DNA of 64,000 bases. Source: Amoebidium appalachense (Eukaryota > Protista > Ichthyosporea). Location: assembly GCA_963693365.1 (NCBI GenBank), contig CAVNZM010000004.1, forward strand, positions 764,448-828,447, in the 5' to 3' direction. Under the pieces are notes generated by a model, which saw nothing but the letters and a program-made list of their open reading frames with translations, was not told the DNA's origin and did no database searches. A program made the translations under genes and the position numbers. Positions 39,290 to 64,000 of this stretch are shown here, in pieces. Numbering within the stretch: the first letter of the stretch is position 1; the number at the start of each line of letters is the position of its first letter.

Positions 39290-40290
39290 CCTGGCAGGGT
39301 TCTCTTCAGTTCCCCTAAGGAAAAAAAAACGTAAGGCACATCGCCACCCACACAGATAGAGTGCTTCTGATGTGGTTTTGTTTATACACGCCTACCTTCT
39401 CATGGATCTGACCGTCTGTGAAATGGAATGCAGTTTATCCTGTTTACTGCCTCCTAGTGGTTAAGAGAACTGAAAAGCCAGTGCTCTGTTACACGGCTTC
39501 TCACTGGTTTATTGTTTTCATTGGTTCGGAACGCACCGTGTTCCCACCAAGGTGACTCGCAGTCGCAGGCCGGTCTTCGGAGGGGCGGCTCATGCAGGGG
39601 TTTTGCGTCAGGAGTCGACGCATTTAGGTGTAACCTGTGGCTCTACATACGTATACCATTATACATATATATAAGCTTTCTTGGGGAGAAAAATGGGGAA
39701 GCTTTCTATAGAGGGAAAGAAAACACGCCAGTCAAGAAATGAAGGAAATGTTCCAAGGCTATGTACCCACTATGATGACGAAGATTCCTTTCGAATTCCT
39801 GTGTCTGAATCACGTGTTTCAAAATGTATTATATATATATATATTAATGAAATGTTTAAAAGATAGGAGTATTTAATTATTTTCATTACCGCAGAATAAA
39901 TCATGCCTTGCTCCTTTTGGCCTGCACTGATATCGGTGATTCACGAATATAATTATTATGGGGCACTCGTGAGGATAAAAAAGGCCAACCACGCGCGCAT
40001 AAAAAATGGCATAATTATACCCGGAACGATCAAGCGGCTGCTGCTATATGTACCCATACGGAACCGCTTGGGCGACTGTAGACATATATATATATACAGA
40101 CGCTCAAGGAATAGAACTCGAGACTATCATAGCCTCTAATTATATCATAACTGAGTACCCCCTACACTGACTCAGCAAATCGGAATGACTTGAATCCGGA
40201 CAAGAGGAAGGCCCGGAGAGAGAGAGAGAGGGGGGGGGGGGGGGGGGGGGGGGAGAGAGAGAGAGAGAGGGAGCTCTAGAGAGAGGGAGG

Positions 40291-40325
<35 letters not shown>

Positions 40326-40399
40326 GATAGAGAGAGATTGAGAGTGAGAGAGAGAGAGAGGGGGGGGGGGGGGGGGGGAGAGGGAGAGAGAGAGAGAGC

Positions 40400-40432
<33 letters not shown>

Positions 40433-40525
40433 GCGTCTGCGTGTGTGTGTGTTGGTGTGCATGTATGTAGGTGTGTGTGTGTGTGTCTGTGCGCGTGTGC
40501 GTACATGCGCGTTTTTGCAATTGAG

Positions 40526-40578
<53 letters not shown>

Positions 40579-41381
40579 TATGTGCGCGCGCGTGTGTGCT
40601 TACATGTGCGTGTGCATTGTGTCATGGTTTCAAGTACCTTAATTTGACAAAATGGTGCACACAGGTGCATATTTTTCGCATATCCAGTGCTCACCCTCTG
40701 CATTTCCAAACGTATCCACCAGGTCATATCAACCTGCATGTGTTGCTGAACTTTCTTTGTGTTCCACTATACTACTAGAGCTTAATGCTATGAACAATTC
40801 ATAATGCCCGCGCCTGTGCGTCAGGAACCATTATCAAACTATCAACAAATGGGAATCAATACAGTGTGCACGTGGGGCATCTATCTGTCACCAACATTAT
40901 TGCCCGGGCCAGCCCAGACACTAAAAATAAACATCATACATATGACACTAAGATAGACATAACCAACCTATGTGCAAGTCGGCTTATTGCCATCGGGTAT
41001 TCGGTGGTTGGACTGAATTTAGCAAAGTTGGAGGTATTCGCTGCTAATTTTAAATAATAATAAAAATCCATTATTGCAAGAAACTAAAAGTGAAAAGTCT
41101 GAAATCAAGCTCCTACTCAATGCGTATGACAAGTGTCTATATACATGCACACAAACAGAATATACCCCAACATCAGTTGCCCGTGAACCGCCACTACGAA
41201 TGAGGGTGAAAGGAGGCGACCATTATAAGAAGCTGGGCGCCAGCGCGTGCGGGTGCCGAAAACACCCACGTGCGTGTATATGCACGTGTGTGCGTGTGTG
41301 TGAGCTCGTGTGCGTGTGTGCGTGCGCGCGCCCGCGGGGCCAAACACCGATCAAGGGTGCATATAACCCGCCGAATCCACC

Positions 41382-63533
<22,152 letters not shown>

Positions 63534-63930
63534 CTGTACCCACACACACAGATTAGTCTTTCTTGCACGTGTGTGCAAGGGGGACGCTTCAAACTCAGCC
63601 ACTCCCCCACCCCCCTCGCCTCCCCCCTCTTTACTACCCCGTTCCTTCTCCCCCAACTAAAAGAAAAGATGGGGGGGTGGTTGGTTGTGTGGGTGTGTGG
63701 ATGGGGGTGGCCCAGGCAAAAGGGGGGGGAGGGGGGAGGGAAGGGGGGGGGGGGAAGGGGGGAAGGGGGGGGGGGGGGGGGAGGGGAGGGGGGGAGGGGG
63801 GGGGTAAATGTTCGGGGGAAGAGTGGGCAGGTTCGAAAAAAAAAAAGGTGGTTGTGAGCATGTGTGTGTGTGTGTGTGTGATTGTGCGCATATTGGTGCA
63901 TGTGTGTATGTCGGGGAGGGATCGCAGGCA

Positions 63931-63962
<32 letters not shown>

Positions 63963-64000
63963 AGGGAGAGGGGAGGAGGGGCTTCACATGTGTAAATCAG

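Overview
This is eukaryotic, intron-rich DNA. Its introns are saturated with (CA)n/(TG)n, (GA)n and long G/C homopolymers, so almost all ORF-track entries are low-complexity noise. Splicing exons by hand (GT..AG, frame-consistent) gives six genes. (1) The 3' half of LYS2 alpha-aminoadipate reductase (+). (2) A complete cytosolic-type seryl-tRNA-synthetase-like gene whose class II catalytic motifs are all replaced, i.e. an apparent pseudo-enzyme (+). (3) A single-pass membrane-anchored GH28 polygalacturonase (-). (4) An intronless GGA/FxxN beta-helix protein in a microsatellite-free island (+). (5) A DGAT2/MOGAT acyltransferase (-). (6) A 5'-truncated receptor tyrosine kinase with EGF/cbEGF and Cys-rich modules on phase-1 exons, a SEA-like segment, a TM helix and a TK domain (-). 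LYS2 together with an RTK suggests a unicellular holozoan such as an ichthyosporean (inference). Non-coding highlights: a ~210-bp intronic repeat with 10 copies all in the same orientation relative to the host transcript, (CA)n-AG 3' splice sites, three MITEs, a probable solo LTR and several minisatellites. All homology calls come from remembered motifs; no searches were run.
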